DNA of 64,000 nt from an uncultured Spirochaetota bacterium (GTDB lineage: Bacteria; Spirochaetota; Spirochaetia; SZUA-6; Fen-1364): the NCBI GenBank assembly GCA_963734545.1, contig CAVTHO010000008.1:352001-416000 (forward strand), written 5' to 3'. The notes below the pieces were generated by a model. The model had not been told where the DNA came from and ran no database searches. It saw only the letters and a list, made by a program, of their open reading frames with translations. The stretch's first letter is position 1, and each line of letters starts with the position of its first letter. This document shows positions 53,861 to 64,000 of this stretch, one piece after another. The translations under genes and the position numbers were made by a program.

Positions 53861-55083
53861 TGGGACCACGCACCGTGGAAGACGTGCGCAGGGACTTCCC
53901 TCTCCTGAGCCGGCGCATCGGGGGGGAGACCCTCGCCTATCTGGATAACGCGGCGACCTCCCAGAAGCCTCGCGAGGTCCTCGACGCGATACGGGTCTAC
54001 TATGAGCAGTCCAACGCCAACGTGCACCGTGCCCTGCATACCCTGGGAGAGGAGGCCACGGCCGCATTCGAAGAGGCGCGGAAGAAAGTGCAGAGATTCC
54101 TGAACGCGGTGAAAGCGGCCGAGATCGTATTCACGCGCGGCACCACCGAGGCCATCAACCTCGTGGCATCGGCGTGGGGCGGCCAGGAGCTGAAACAGGG
54201 GGATGTCGTGCTGCTCACCGAGATGGAGCACCACAGCAACCTCGTTCCCTGGCAGCTCGCCTGCGCGCGAACCGGGGCGCGGCTCCAGTTTGTCCCCGTC
54301 GAGGCGGACGGCACCCTGGATCTGGAGAAACTCGAGCGTTCCTGGGACCCGCGCACCCGTCTCGTGGCCGTCACGCACATGTCGAATGTCCTGGGCACGA
54401 TCAACGACGTGAAGGCAATCGCGGCGCTCGCGCACCGGCGCGACGCCCTTGTCCTCGTGGACGGCGCGCAGTCCGTGCCGCATTTCCCGGTGGACGTGCA
54501 GGACCTCGACTGCGACTTTTTCGCCTTCTCCAGCCACAAGATGTGCGGTCCCATGGGCATGGGCGCCCTGTACGGACGGGAACGCCTCCTGGACGCAATG
54601 CCGCCGTGGATGGGCGGAGGGGAGATGATCCGCGCGGTCTGGCCGGAGAAATCCACGTGGAACGACCTGCCGTGGAAGTTCGAGGCCGGCACGCCGAACG
54701 TGGAGGGTGCCGTGGGCCTTGGCGCGGCCATCGACTATCTTCACTCCCTGGAGTTCCGCAACATCGCCGCATGGGAGGAAGAGCTTTCCCGCCACGCGCT
54801 CCAGAGCCTCGGCGGGGCGAACGGAGTCACGCTGTACGGCAGCTCCCCCCGGCGCGGCCCGGTGTTTTCCTTCACCCTCGGGTCCATACACGCGCACGAC
54901 GTGGCACAGTTTCTCGACCGGGAGGGAATCGCGGTCCGGGCAGGGCACCACTGCGCGCAGCCGCTCATGCGAAAGCTGGGCGTGCCGGCCACCGTGCGCG
55001 CCAGCCTCTCGTTCTACAACACGTTTTCCGAGATCGACCGCCTGGCGGCGGCGCTCGACGGCGCACGGAGGTTCTACGCGTGA
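53857..55083 (+). CDS. sufS: Cysteine desulfurase
   Basis: YLDNAATSQKP, MEHHSN, SSHKMCGP (PLP Lys), FEAGTP, RAGHHCAQP. Confidence 0.96.
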   Translation: MMGPRTVEDVRRDFPLLSRRIGGETLAYLDNAATSQKPREVLDAIRVYYEQSNANVHRALHTLGEEATAAFEEARKKVQRFLNAVKAAEIVFTRGTTEAINLVASAWGGQELKQGDVVLLTEMEHHSNLVPWQLACARTGARLQFVPVEADGTLDLEKLERSWDPRTRLVAVTHMSNVLGTINDVKAIAALAHRRDALVLVDGAQSVPHFPVDVQDLDCDFFAFSSHKMCGPMGMGALYGRERLLDAMPPWMGGGEMIRAVWPEKSTWNDLPWKFEAGTPNVEGAVGLGAAIDYLHSLEFRNIAAWEEELSRHALQSLGGANGVTLYGSSPRRGPVFSFTLGSIHAHDVAQFLDREGIAVRAGHHCAQPLMRKLGVPATVRASLSFYNTFSEIDRLAAALDGARRFYA

Positions 55084-55511
55084 GCGCCTTCGACGAGCTG
55101 TACCAGGAAATCATAATGGATCACTACCGCACCCCCCGCAACACGGCCCCCCTGGACCACATCCCGCAGGCCCTGGCGCATGAAAACCCGACCTGTGGAG
55201 ACTCTCTGAAGCTGGAGGTCGTGCTGGGGGACGGAGGCAAGCTGGAGCGTGTACGCTTCGACGGAAAGGGCTGCGCAATCAGCACGGCGTCCGCCTCCCT
55301 GATGACGGAGCAGGTGAAGGGGCTTTCCGTGGCGGAGGCGAGGAAGCTTGCCGGCAGCTTCATCCGCGCGCTGCGCGGCGAAGAACCGGTTGACGTTCTG
55401 GATGGGATGGGCGATCTTGTGGCTTTCAAGGGCCTCACGAGCTTTCCTGTCCGGGTCAAGTGCGCGACACTCGCCTGGCACGCCCTGCTCGTGACTCTGC
55501 CGGGCAACTGA
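55080..55511 (+). CDS. sufU: SufU-type sulfur transfer/scaffold protein
   Basis: LYQEIIMDHY, NPTCGD, GCAISTASAS, PVRVKCATLAW. Confidence 0.93.
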   Translation: MSAFDELYQEIIMDHYRTPRNTAPLDHIPQALAHENPTCGDSLKLEVVLGDGGKLERVRFDGKGCAISTASASLMTEQVKGLSVAEARKLAGSFIRALRGEEPVDVLDGMGDLVAFKGLTSFPVRVKCATLAWHALLVTLPGN

Positions 55512-55520
55512 GGAGGCAGG

Positions 55521-56588
55521 ATGTTCGAAAGTTTCGATCCCCGGGAGGGTCGTCTCTTCTCCCTCCTGGACGTGGAGGGAAAGCTTGCCCCGCCCCCGGC
55601 GGGCTTCCCGCTGATGAGCGACGAACAGGCGCTCGCGGCCTACAAGACCATGGTCATGTCACGGCAGGGCGATGAGTGGGCGGTCAGTCTCAACCGGCAG
55701 GGTCGCCTGCCCACCTACGCTCTGAACAAGGGACAGGAGGCCAATTCCGTGGGCGCCCTCATGGCAGTGCGCCCCGATGACTGGTTCGTGCCGGCGTTCC
55801 GTGAGTTCGGCGGCATGCTCGTCCGCGGGGTGAGCCTGCAGCAGTACTACCTGTACTGGTATGGAAACGAGGCGGCGAACCATCTCCCGATAGAAAAATA
55901 CCACATGATGCCGATCTCGGTTCCCGTCGGCAGTCAGATGCTGCACGCCGTGGGGCTGGCCTGGGCGGAGCGCTACAAGGGCACGGATCGGATCGCCATC
56001 ACCTTCATGGGCGAGGGGGCCAGCGCGGAGGGAGACTTCCACGAGGCATGCACCCTTGCCGGGGTATGGAAGGCCGGCGTCATCATCTACGCGCAGAACA
56101 ATCACTGGTCGATCTCCCTCCCCTGGGCCAAGCAGAGCTCGAGCAAGACGCTTGCGGAGAAGGCTTTCGCATACGGGTTCGAGGGCGTGCGGGTGGATGG
56201 GAACGACATTTTCGCCGTGTACGCCGTCGTGCAGATGGCCGCGGAGCGCGCGCGGGAAGGCGGCGGGCCCACCCTCATCGAAGGCCTCACGTACCGCCTG
56301 GGGGCGCACACCACGTCGGACGATCCTTCCCGGTACAGAACGGACGAGGAAGTGCGCCAGTGGGAGCCTCGGGATCCCATTCTCCGGCTGGAGCGCTATC
56401 TCCTGAAGAAGGGCCTGCTTTCAGAGGCCGATGTCGTGAAAACAAGGGAGCAGTCACTGGCCTGCGCGCAGGCGAGCTTCGAGGAAGTCGAGCAGGCCAG
56501 GGACACGACGCGGGAGGAGGCCTTCCAGCACCTTTACCAGGAGATGCCGGACATGATTGCCGCGCAGATGCAGCGGAGGAAGACATGA
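55521..56588 (+). CDS. pdhA: 2-oxoacid (pyruvate) dehydrogenase E1 alpha
   Basis: LNRQGR, GQEA, GEGASAEGDFHE...QNN TPP motif, YRLGAHTTSDDPSRYR. Confidence 0.85.
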   Translation: MFESFDPREGRLFSLLDVEGKLAPPPAGFPLMSDEQALAAYKTMVMSRQGDEWAVSLNRQGRLPTYALNKGQEANSVGALMAVRPDDWFVPAFREFGGMLVRGVSLQQYYLYWYGNEAANHLPIEKYHMMPISVPVGSQMLHAVGLAWAERYKGTDRIAITFMGEGASAEGDFHEACTLAGVWKAGVIIYAQNNHWSISLPWAKQSSSKTLAEKAFAYGFEGVRVDGNDIFAVYAVVQMAAERAREGGGPTLIEGLTYRLGAHTTSDDPSRYRTDEEVRQWEPRDPILRLERYLLKKGLLSEADVVKTREQSLACAQASFEEVEQARDTTREEAFQHLYQEMPDMIAAQMQRRKT

Positions 56589-57568
56589 AGGTACTCACTC
56601 TCCTGGAGGCGGTGACCGACGCCCTGCGCACCGAGATGGCGACCGACCGGTCGGTCGTGGTTTTCGGAGAGGACGTGGGGCTGGAGGGCGGCGTCTTCCG
56701 CGCCACCAGCGGCCTGCAGCGTGATTTCGGGGAGGAGCGGTGCTTCGACACGCCCATCGCGGAGTCCGGCATCGTCGGCGCCGCGCTCGGGATGGCGGTG
56801 GCAGGGCTCCGTCCCGTGGTGGAGATCCAGTTCTCCGCTTTTTCGTTTCCCGCGTTCGACCAGCTCTTCAACCACGTCTCCCGGATCAGGAACCGCTCCC
56901 GGGGCGCGCTGAGCGCGCCGATGGTGGTCCGCATGCCTTTTGGCGGAGGCATCCGCGCGCCCGAGCATCACTCGGAGAGCCTCGAGGCCCTGTTCGGGCA
57001 CATTCCCGGCTTGAAGGTGGTGATCCCGTCCACGCCGCACGACGCCAAGGGTCTCCTGATCGCCGCCATCCGGGATCCGGACCCCGTGGTGTACCTGGAG
57101 CCCGCGCGCGCCTACCGCGCCGTGCGCCAGGAAGTCCCCGACGAGGCGTATACCGTGGAGATCGGCAGGGCAAAGATCGAGGCGGAGGGGGACGAGCTCA
57201 CCCTGGTTTCATACGGCGCGCAGATGATCGAGGCGCGGGAGGCGCGCGCGGTGCTCGCCGCCGAAGGCCGGTCCGTGGAGCTGATCGACCTGCGCACAAT
57301 CCATCCCTTCGATGCGCGCACCGTCGTGGACTCGGTGCGGAAGACCGGCAGGTTCCTCGCGGTCCACGAAGGCCCGCAGAGTTTCAGCGTGGCCTCGGAG
57401 CTGGTCGCCACGGTGCTGGAACAGGCGTTCGATGTCCTGGAAGCACCCCCTGCCCGGCTCACCGGGCCCGACATCATCTACCCGATGCCCCGCGGGGAGA
57501 AGCACTACCTCCTGACCGCGGAGCACGTGCTCCACGAGGCAAGGAGGGTGCTCGACTATGAGCCATGA
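56585..57568 (+). CDS. pdhB: 2-oxoacid dehydrogenase E1 beta
   Basis: GEDVG..GGVFRAT, DTPIAESGI, EHHSES, ELIDLRT. Confidence 0.85.
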   Translation: MKVLTLLEAVTDALRTEMATDRSVVVFGEDVGLEGGVFRATSGLQRDFGEERCFDTPIAESGIVGAALGMAVAGLRPVVEIQFSAFSFPAFDQLFNHVSRIRNRSRGALSAPMVVRMPFGGGIRAPEHHSESLEALFGHIPGLKVVIPSTPHDAKGLLIAAIRDPDPVVYLEPARAYRAVRQEVPDEAYTVEIGRAKIEAEGDELTLVSYGAQMIEAREARAVLAAEGRSVELIDLRTIHPFDARTVVDSVRKTGRFLAVHEGPQSFSVASELVATVLEQAFDVLEAPPARLTGPDIIYPMPRGEKHYLLTAEHVLHEARRVLDYEP

Positions 57569-58842
57569 GACGGCGCTGTTCGAGTTCAGGTTCCCCGACA
57601 TCGGTGAAGGCCTCACGGAAGGCACGATCGTCGAGTTGAAGGTGGCGCCGGGCAGCAGCGTGAAGCCGGGCCAGGCGCTTGCGATCGTGGAAACGGACAA
57701 GGTCGTCACCGAGATGCCCTCCCCCGTGGAAGGCGTCGTGGTGGAGCTGCCCATCACAAAGGGGCAGGTCGTGCAGGTCGGGGAGATTGTCGCGAAGATC
57801 CGGACCGGCCTCGCATCCGGCCCCGATCGTGGAGAGCTCCCCGGACGGCGGGACCGTTGTCGGGCAACTGATGGTCGCGTCGCACGGCGTCCTGCCGGCA
57901 AGCGCGGAGGGCCTTTCCCCGCACAAGCGGCAGGCCCCCAATGGAAAAGAGATTGTCGCTGAAGTGCGCAAGGGAAAAGTGCGCGCTTCCCCCGTGGCCC
58001 GGAAGCTGGCCGCGGACGCGGGGATCGATCTTGCCCGGGTTCACGGCACGGGCCCCGGCGGCAGGATACTGAAGAAGGACCTGGAGGCGCGGGGGTCTGC
58101 GCAGGCGTCCTCGGTTGATTCCGTGACGCCGGCCCCGCAATTGGAGGAGCCCGGCGCCTCATCCGGGATGAAGAAGCTCTCGACCCTGCGGCTCGCCATC
58201 GCAAAGGCCATGGAGAAAAGCCAGGCCATCCCCGCGGCCGCGGTCCATGACTACACCGTGGTGGACGAGCTGCTCCAGCTTCGGCGCGACATGAACGAGG
58301 CCGCCCGGGAAAAAGTGGGATTGCTGGCATTCTTCGTCAAGGCAGCGGCGGTCGCGCTGCGGGATTTTCCTCTCCTGAGCTCGCTGTATGCGCCGGAGCG
58401 TCGAGAGTACGAATCCTTCCCGGTCCCGAACATCGGCGTGGCGGTGGATACCGAAGAAGGGCTCGTGGTTCCCGTGGTCAGGGATCCCATGGGCCTGTCT
58501 GTCCCCCGCATCCATTCGGAGATCGCGCGTCTCACGGGCAAGGCACGATCCCGGACTCTCGCGCTGGAGGAGATCCGCGGGGGATCATTCACCATATCGA
58601 ACTTCGGCTCTTTCTCCGGCGTATACGGGAACCCGATGATCCTTCCGCCGCAGGTGGGCATCCTCGGCATCGGACGGGTGCACGAGGAACCGGTGGTTCG
58701 GGAGGGAAAGGTGGTCCCTGCCTCGCTCCTCCCCCTCTCGCTGGTGGTCGACCACCGTCTGATCGACGGCGTCTATGCCTGCAGGTTCCTGGCCCGGTTC
58801 ATGGAGCTCGTTTCGAAGCCTCTGGGCCTGTTGATGCTCTGA
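57558..58842 (+). CDS. pdhC: Dihydrolipoamide acyltransferase E2; frameshift near 57815
   Basis: Lipoyl domain PDIGEGL...ETDKV; E3-binding ASPVARKLA...GTGPGGRI; catalytic DHRLIDG. Confidence 0.85.
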
Positions 58843-60351
58843 GATCGAGCCCGGCGTCTCCCGCGTCGAGAAACGCGGCGTCCACGGACTCCATGTCGGC
58901 GGCTCCCTCGCGGGAGGGAGCGGCGGCAATCTTGTATACCTGGATCTGCTCCTGTATGCCTTTCAGCTTCGCCTTGCCCGCAAAGACCCTGTATCCCCTG
59001 AGGAGCGCCTTGACGCCCGGGATAGGCGAACACCTCCTCGGTGATGTACACCTCCTCGGAGCCCGCCAGCCCCTGCACGCGCGAGGCGGTATTGACGGTC
59101 TGGCCGAAGTAGTCCAGCCGGTCATTCAGCGTCACCGCGATGCAGGCACCCTTGTGGATCCCGATCTTGAGGATCAGGTCACTGCGGGTGAACGCCCGGT
59201 TGAAGCGCGCAATCTCCTTGTTCATCTCCAGCCCGGCCTTTACCGCGTCCACGGGATTGAGGAACGACGCCATGACCGCGTCCCCGATTGTCTTCACGAA
59301 CGCGCCGGAGTATTCGTTGATGACGGCGCCCAGCCGTTCGAAGTGCTGGTGCACGAGGGAGAACGCCTTCAGGTCGCCGATGCGCTCGTAGAGGGCGGTG
59401 GAGCCCTTCAGGTCCGTGAAAAGGATCGTGATATCGCGGATCCCGATTCCTTCCGTTCCCTGGATCACCTCCGAGCTGAACAGGTCACGGAAGGTCTGGA
59501 GAGAGATCAGCCTCTTTCCTGACAGGAAGGGCTCGAAAACAAGGGGCACCTTCGTGAGGCCCGGCGGGAAGTTGAGAATCATCATGGATGCCCTTGTCCG
59601 CCGTGCGGTTTTCCAGCGTGAATATCAGCTTGCCCGGGGCCACCACGGCCTGCCCCGGCACCAGCGTCCCGCCCTCCAGCCGGACGGTCACCGGCTGCGG
59701 CTTGTCCGCGGGGGCGCCGCTCACCGTGACCGCCGCGCTCAGGTGGTGCATCATGTCATTGAAAGTGATGCTGCCCCCCGTGCTTTCCAGCACGAACCTC
59801 TTTCTCTGCCCCGGCCAGAGCCAGGAAAGGGCTTTCACCAGGCCGGGCACGGCGTCGACAAATCGCGGGCCGTTGGGGATCGTCGCGCTGCGGTCGAAAT
59901 GGTACTTCAGGTGGTAGTCCTCGATGGAAAGCGATTCCGGATGATGAAAGACGATTTCCCTGATCTCGGGTGAGATCGTGAAGTTGACGTGTATGAAATC
60001 GTCGAGGGTCGCTTCCGAGTTCAGATTGCAGACCGTGCAGGTGAAGTGGGAATTGAGCTTGTTCAGAGAGCGAAAGCTGTCCACGGAGTCGCCGCACGTG
60101 GGACAGACGAGGTTCCATTCCATCTGGAACATGCCTTCACGGGCGCCATGGAGAAACGCATCGATTGCATCGTTCTCCACAATTCCCCGGTCCGCGGCGA
60201 ATCGCAGGGGATTGATGCGGAAGAGCTCGTAGTCATCTCCGGTACGAATGAGGGATTCCAGCTTTTCGAGGACCTTCGGAGACCATTCCCTGGCTTTCCG
60301 CACAGCGTTCATTTTTTCGACCAGCACCCGTTCCTTGATTCTCGCAGCCAT
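58799..60351 (-). CDS. Class III adenylate/guanylate cyclase with N-terminal Zn-ribbon-containing (DUF5939-like) region; two frameshifts
   Basis: FRINPL, CPTCG...CTVC; ILFTDLKGST, VKTIGDAVMA, KIGIH, DYFGQTVNTASRVQ. Confidence 0.87.
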
Positions 60352-60389
60352 TCACGTCTCCTTTTCGCACACGTTTGCCGCTAAAAGCT

Positions 60390-60420
60390 TTGCCTATACC
60401 TGACCAAAATACTAATATTT
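60390..60420 (+). promoter_or_regulatory. sodA promoter overlapped by an IscR/Rrf2-like box
   Basis: TTGCCT-N17-TAATAT; ATACCTGACCAAAATACTAATATTT (60396-60420) matches the reverse complement of the suf box at 18/25 positions. Confidence 0.6.
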
Positions 60421-60447
60421 ACACATCGATCACACAGGAGGTGTTTG

Positions 60448-61059
60448 ATGCCTTTCACATTGCCCGACCTTCCCTATCCCTTCAATGCCCTGGAACCGCA
60501 TATAGATGCAAAGACCATGGAGATTCACCATGACAAGCACCACGGGACATACGTGACCAAGCTGAATGCGGCGCTCGAAAAAGCCCCTTCGTTCCAGGGG
60601 AGGCCGATAGAGGAGATCCTCAAATCACTCGACTCGATCCCGGCGGACGTGCGCACCGCGGTGCGCAACCACGGCGGGGGACATCTCAACCACAGCCTCT
60701 TCTGGAAGTTGCTTTCGCCCAAGGGCGGGGGGAATCCGAAAGGGGCGCTTGCAAACGCCATCGACAAGAGTTTCGGCAGCTTTGACGCGTTCAAAGAGCA
60801 GTTCGTGAATGCGGCCGCAAACCTGTTCGGAAGCGGCTGGGCGTGGCTTGCCTCGGACGCCGCGGGCAAGCTCTCCGTGGTGGGCCTCCCCAACCAGGAC
60901 AGCCCCGTGTCGCAGGGTTTGAAGCCGCTGCTGGGGCTGGACGTCTGGGAGCACGCGTATTACCTGAAGTATCAGAACCGCAGGCCGGATTACATCACCG
61001 CGTTCTGGAATATCGTGTCCTGGGAACAGGTTGCGGCAAACATGGAGGCCTCCCGGTAG
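60448..61059 (+). CDS. sodA: Superoxide dismutase, Mn-type signature
   Basis: [34 protein letters not shown]; GG and NQD favour Mn. Confidence 0.93.
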   Translation: MPFTLPDLPYPFNALEPHIDAKTMEIHHDKHHGTYVTKLNAALEKAPSFQGRPIEEILKSLDSIPADVRTAVRNHGGGHLNHSLFWKLLSPKGGGNPKGALANAIDKSFGSFDAFKEQFVNAAANLFGSGWAWLASDAAGKLSVVGLPNQDSPVSQGLKPLLGLDVWEHAYYLKYQNRRPDYITAFWNIVSWEQVAANMEASR

Positions 61060-61089
61060 GCCGGCCGCATTCCCGCCGAACAGTCCAAA

Positions 61090-61120
61090 CACGCGTGCCG
61101 CGCCCCGTGCGGCGCGCGTG
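61090..61120. terminator. Stem-loop between convergent genes
   Basis: CACGCGTGCCGC-N7-GCGGCGCGCGTG followed by CCTTCTTCTT. Confidence 0.55.
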
Positions 61121-61128
61121 CCTTCTTC

Positions 61129-61686
61129 TTACGCCCGGGGGTAGTAGATCATCATGATGAGCCTCGCCGTGGCGGCGCCTGAATTGCCGTAGACGTGTCT
61201 CCCCGTTGCCTTGAACCGGATGCTGTGGTCCTTCGGGATCCGGTACTCGGTTTCACCGAGGGTGAGGCTCAGGGTCCCGTTTGAGACGAAGATGTATTCC
61301 TCCACGTCTCCCCGGTGGCCTTCTGCTTCGAGACGGGCGCCTTTCTCGATCTCCACGTGATAGATCTCGAACTTCCTGTCCGGCTCGAAAGGAAAGAGCG
61401 GAAAGAGACGATACCCCCTGTCCTTTTCCACGATCGGCGTGCCTGACCTGTTGTCCACTATGGAGACGTCCTTCTGTATTTCTTTCGCAAGACTCGTGAA
61501 AGAAACCTTCAGACCATTGGCTATTTTCCACAGCGTCGAAATCGTGGGGCTCGATTCGCCCTTCTCGATCTGGCGGAGCATGCTCTTGCTGACACCGGTC
61601 AGGGAGGAGACGTCGTCCAGGCTGTAGTTGCCCTCTTTTCTGATGCGCGCGAGGTTGCGCGCCACCTGCTCGGTCAGCTCATCCAT
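61129..61686 (-). CDS. XRE-family HTH regulator with C-terminal cupin domain
   Basis: TGVSKSMLRQIEKGESSPTISTLWKIA; cupin H...EEYIFV...F....H.Y.N. Confidence 0.9.
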   Translation of the reverse strand: MDELTEQVARNLARIRKEGNYSLDDVSSLTGVSKSMLRQIEKGESSPTISTLWKIANGLKVSFTSLAKEIQKDVSIVDNRSGTPIVEKDRGYRLFPLFPFEPDRKFEIYHVEIEKGARLEAEGHRGDVEEYIFVSNGTLSLTLGETEYRIPKDHSIRFKATGRHVYGNSGAATARLIMMIYYPRA

Positions 61687-61712
61687 CTGCTTCTTCCGTC
61701 CCGTTCCGCCGC

Positions 61713-61741
61713 TTGACTATATTACGCACAAAATGTATCAT
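61713..61741 (+). promoter_or_regulatory. Sigma70 promoter of the LysE-family gene
   Basis: TTGACT-N17-TATCAT. Confidence 0.7.
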
Positions 61742-61764
61742 ATAACAACCATGAGGACAACGCC

Positions 61765-62361
61765 ATGAACCCCCTCATCATCCCGTTTCTCGCCTACGCG
61801 GCGGTCACCACGTTTACCCCGGGACCCAACAATATCACATCCACGGCCATCGGCATGCGGCTCGGCTACAGGAGGACGATACCGTACATACTGGGAATCA
61901 TGCTCGGCTTCCTGGTGATCATGCTCGCGGCGGGCGTCCTCACGGACATCGCAAGCCGCGCGTATCGCGGGGCCCTGCCCTATCTCAAATGGATCGGCGT
62001 GCTCTACATCTGCTGGCTCGCGGTCTCCCTTTTCCTCCCCTCGGCTCACGGCACGGAAGCCGCCCAGGTCCGCAATGCGAGCTTCAGGAGCGGCCTGATC
62101 CTGCAGATAATGAATCCGAAGGTCATCCTCTACGGGATCACGATCTATTCATCATTTCACACGCTTCTTGCCGACTCTCCGATCAAGCTTGTCGCTTCAT
62201 CGGTTTTCCTGGCCCTGCTGGGCGGCATCGCCACATCTCTCTGGGCGATTTTTGGAAACCTGATGTCAGGCTTTCTCAAGGGAAGGGCGGCCATGCTTGT
62301 TTTCAACATCGTCATGGCCCTGCTGCTGCTCTATTCCGCCGTTTCCATCCTCATTCACTGA
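61765..62361 (+). CDS. LysE/RhtB family amino-acid exporter (EamB-like)
   Basis: FTPGPNN, LQIMNPK, about 6 TM segments; divergent from the XRE-cupin regulator. Confidence 0.88.
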   Translation: MNPLIIPFLAYAAVTTFTPGPNNITSTAIGMRLGYRRTIPYILGIMLGFLVIMLAAGVLTDIASRAYRGALPYLKWIGVLYICWLAVSLFLPSAHGTEAAQVRNASFRSGLILQIMNPKVILYGITIYSSFHTLLADSPIKLVASSVFLALLGGIATSLWAIFGNLMSGFLKGRAAMLVFNIVMALLLLYSAVSILIH

Positions 62362-62384
62362 GCGCGCGACAGGTCCCTGCGGCC

Positions 62385-63958
62385 CTACTTGGCCCGACTG
62401 AAGCTCCGCATGTACAGGCGGACCAGCCGGACAAGAGACCCCGCGCGTTTGAAGAGCCCTCTTCCGTAGAGGAACGTCAGGGCGCTCTTCAGCCCTTCAT
62501 AGACATTTCTCCCGTGCGGATACCACCACATGTTGCGCGGCATGCGGTGCAGCCTGTCGTAGATGACCGCGCGGGGCTGGGTCATTTCCAGGAAGCCGAG
62601 CTCTCCGTGGCTCCTGCCGATCCCCGAAGCCTTGAACCCTCCCCAGGGCGTCTCGGCCATTCCATGGCTCATCAGGTGGTCGTTGATCGTCACCGTCCCC
62701 GCCTCCAGCCTTTCGGCGACCCGGCGGGCATGACGGGGGTGCGCGCTCCAGACGGATGCGGAAAGCCCGTACGCGGAGGCGTTGGCCTTGGCAACCGCCT
62801 CGTCGTCATCCAGGACCCTCTCCAGAGCCAGAACAGGTCCGAAGACCTCCTCCGTCATGACGAGCATCGAATCGTTCACTTCCTCGAGAACAAGAATGGG
62901 TGAGAAGATGCCGCCGCTCTTTCCTGACAGGCCCTTGCGGCAGGAGACGACTGCCCCTTTTGCCACGGCATCCGCGACCGCCTGCTCCACCTTCTGCCGC
63001 TGCTGTTCCTGCGTCACCGAGCCCACATCCACGTCGAAGGATACGTCGGGGCCGACGCGAAGGCTTTCAATCTGGCGCAGCAGCCGGTCGCGGAACTTTT
63101 CGTAGATACCCTGGGACACGTACAGACGCTCGACGCCGGCGCAGGATTGCCCCGCGTTGGACAGCCCTGCCCAGAGGGCGCCCGCGGCTGCCCTGTCGAG
63201 GTTCGCATCGTCCAGAACGATCATGGCGTCATTGCCGCCCAGCTCCAGCACGAGTGGCGTCAGCGTGCGAGATGCTCTTTCCATGAGCTCCTTGCCCACG
63301 GCAGTGGAGCCCGTGAAGAAAAGCTTGTTGATCCCCGCCTCGAGCATGGCCCTGCCCGCAAGGGCACCGGGGAGATGGATCAGGTGGAAAAGCCCGTCCG
63401 GAATTCCGCAGGTCTTCACCAGGGCGGCGATCTGCTCCCCCACGAGCTGCGTCTGTGTCGCCACCTTGAGGATCACGGCATTTCCCGCCAGCAGTCCCAT
63501 GACGACCTCGTGGAAGCGGAATGGAGAATGGATAGTTCCACGGGCTGATCACCCCGATGACTCCGAAGGGAACACGGGTGAGCCAGGAGCTCTTGTTGAA
63601 CAGGAGGATGTTGCCCATTTCGAGCTTCCGGGGCCGGTGCACGCGCGCGGCGATGCGCGCGTAGTAGGCTGCCGCCATGGCAGAGGGGAGCACCTCGCGT
63701 GGAAACCGCGTCCACGCGCGTCTTGCCGGTGGAGCGCGATATCACATCGGCAATCTCGTCGGCGCGGGAAGCGATGGAGGCGCTCAGGACGCGCATGAGC
63801 GCGGCCCGCTTCCGCACGTCTGTTGCGGCCCATGCCGGCTGCGCCTTGCGCGCCTCCTCCATCGCGCGCTTCAGGTCCTCCACGCTGTGCACGCGCAGGG
63901 GACCGATCTTCTCCCCGGTCGCCGGATTCTTCAGAGAGATCGACGATTCTGTTCCCAT
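62385..63958 (-). CDS. Aldehyde dehydrogenase family protein; frameshifts near 63515 and 63695
   Basis: NPATGE, GVISPWNYP, FTGST, LELGG, GQSCAG, EEVFGP, PWGGFKASG. Confidence 0.9.
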
Positions 63959-64000
63959 TTCCTGGCTCCTCGCATGTGCCCTGGCCGATCCAGGACTCCA

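Overview
A GC-rich, gene-dense core-chromosome segment, most likely from a free-living Spirochaetia bacterium (class I LysRS, PilZN3-type protein, lipoproteins); the taxonomy is inferred. It carries ilvBN-ilvD, lysS-mntH-usp, a ~1,300-aa surface lipoprotein with eight CARDB/Ig-like repeats and an orphan DNA methyltransferase. It also has a DEDDh-WYL exonuclease operon, an AlaX/rhomboid/DUF4139/DUF1638 cluster, a MoxR-DUF58-transglutaminase-TPR-HD-GYP cluster and RecQ. Further on are an Stn/NfnABC-like putative electron-bifurcating transhydrogenase, a suf operon running straight into pdhABC, and Mn-SOD. Many genes, including normally essential ones, carry single-base frameshifts, densest at about 32-43 kb; these are most likely long-read consensus errors. 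I saw no CRISPR array, rRNA, integrase or transposase. The most unusual signals are non-coding. (1) A wHTH-HATPase-STAS (DUF4325-like) gene is bracketed at both ends by the same triple ATTGTCAAC box array with identical 11/23-bp phasing. (2) A 76-nt tRNA-shaped element with its own predicted promoter has canonical acceptor and T arms but an aberrant D/anticodon half. (3) An IscR/Rrf2-type operator is shared by the suf-pdh and sodA promoters. (4) An orphan Phd antitoxin has two palindromic operators. All product calls come from motif recognition, not database searches.
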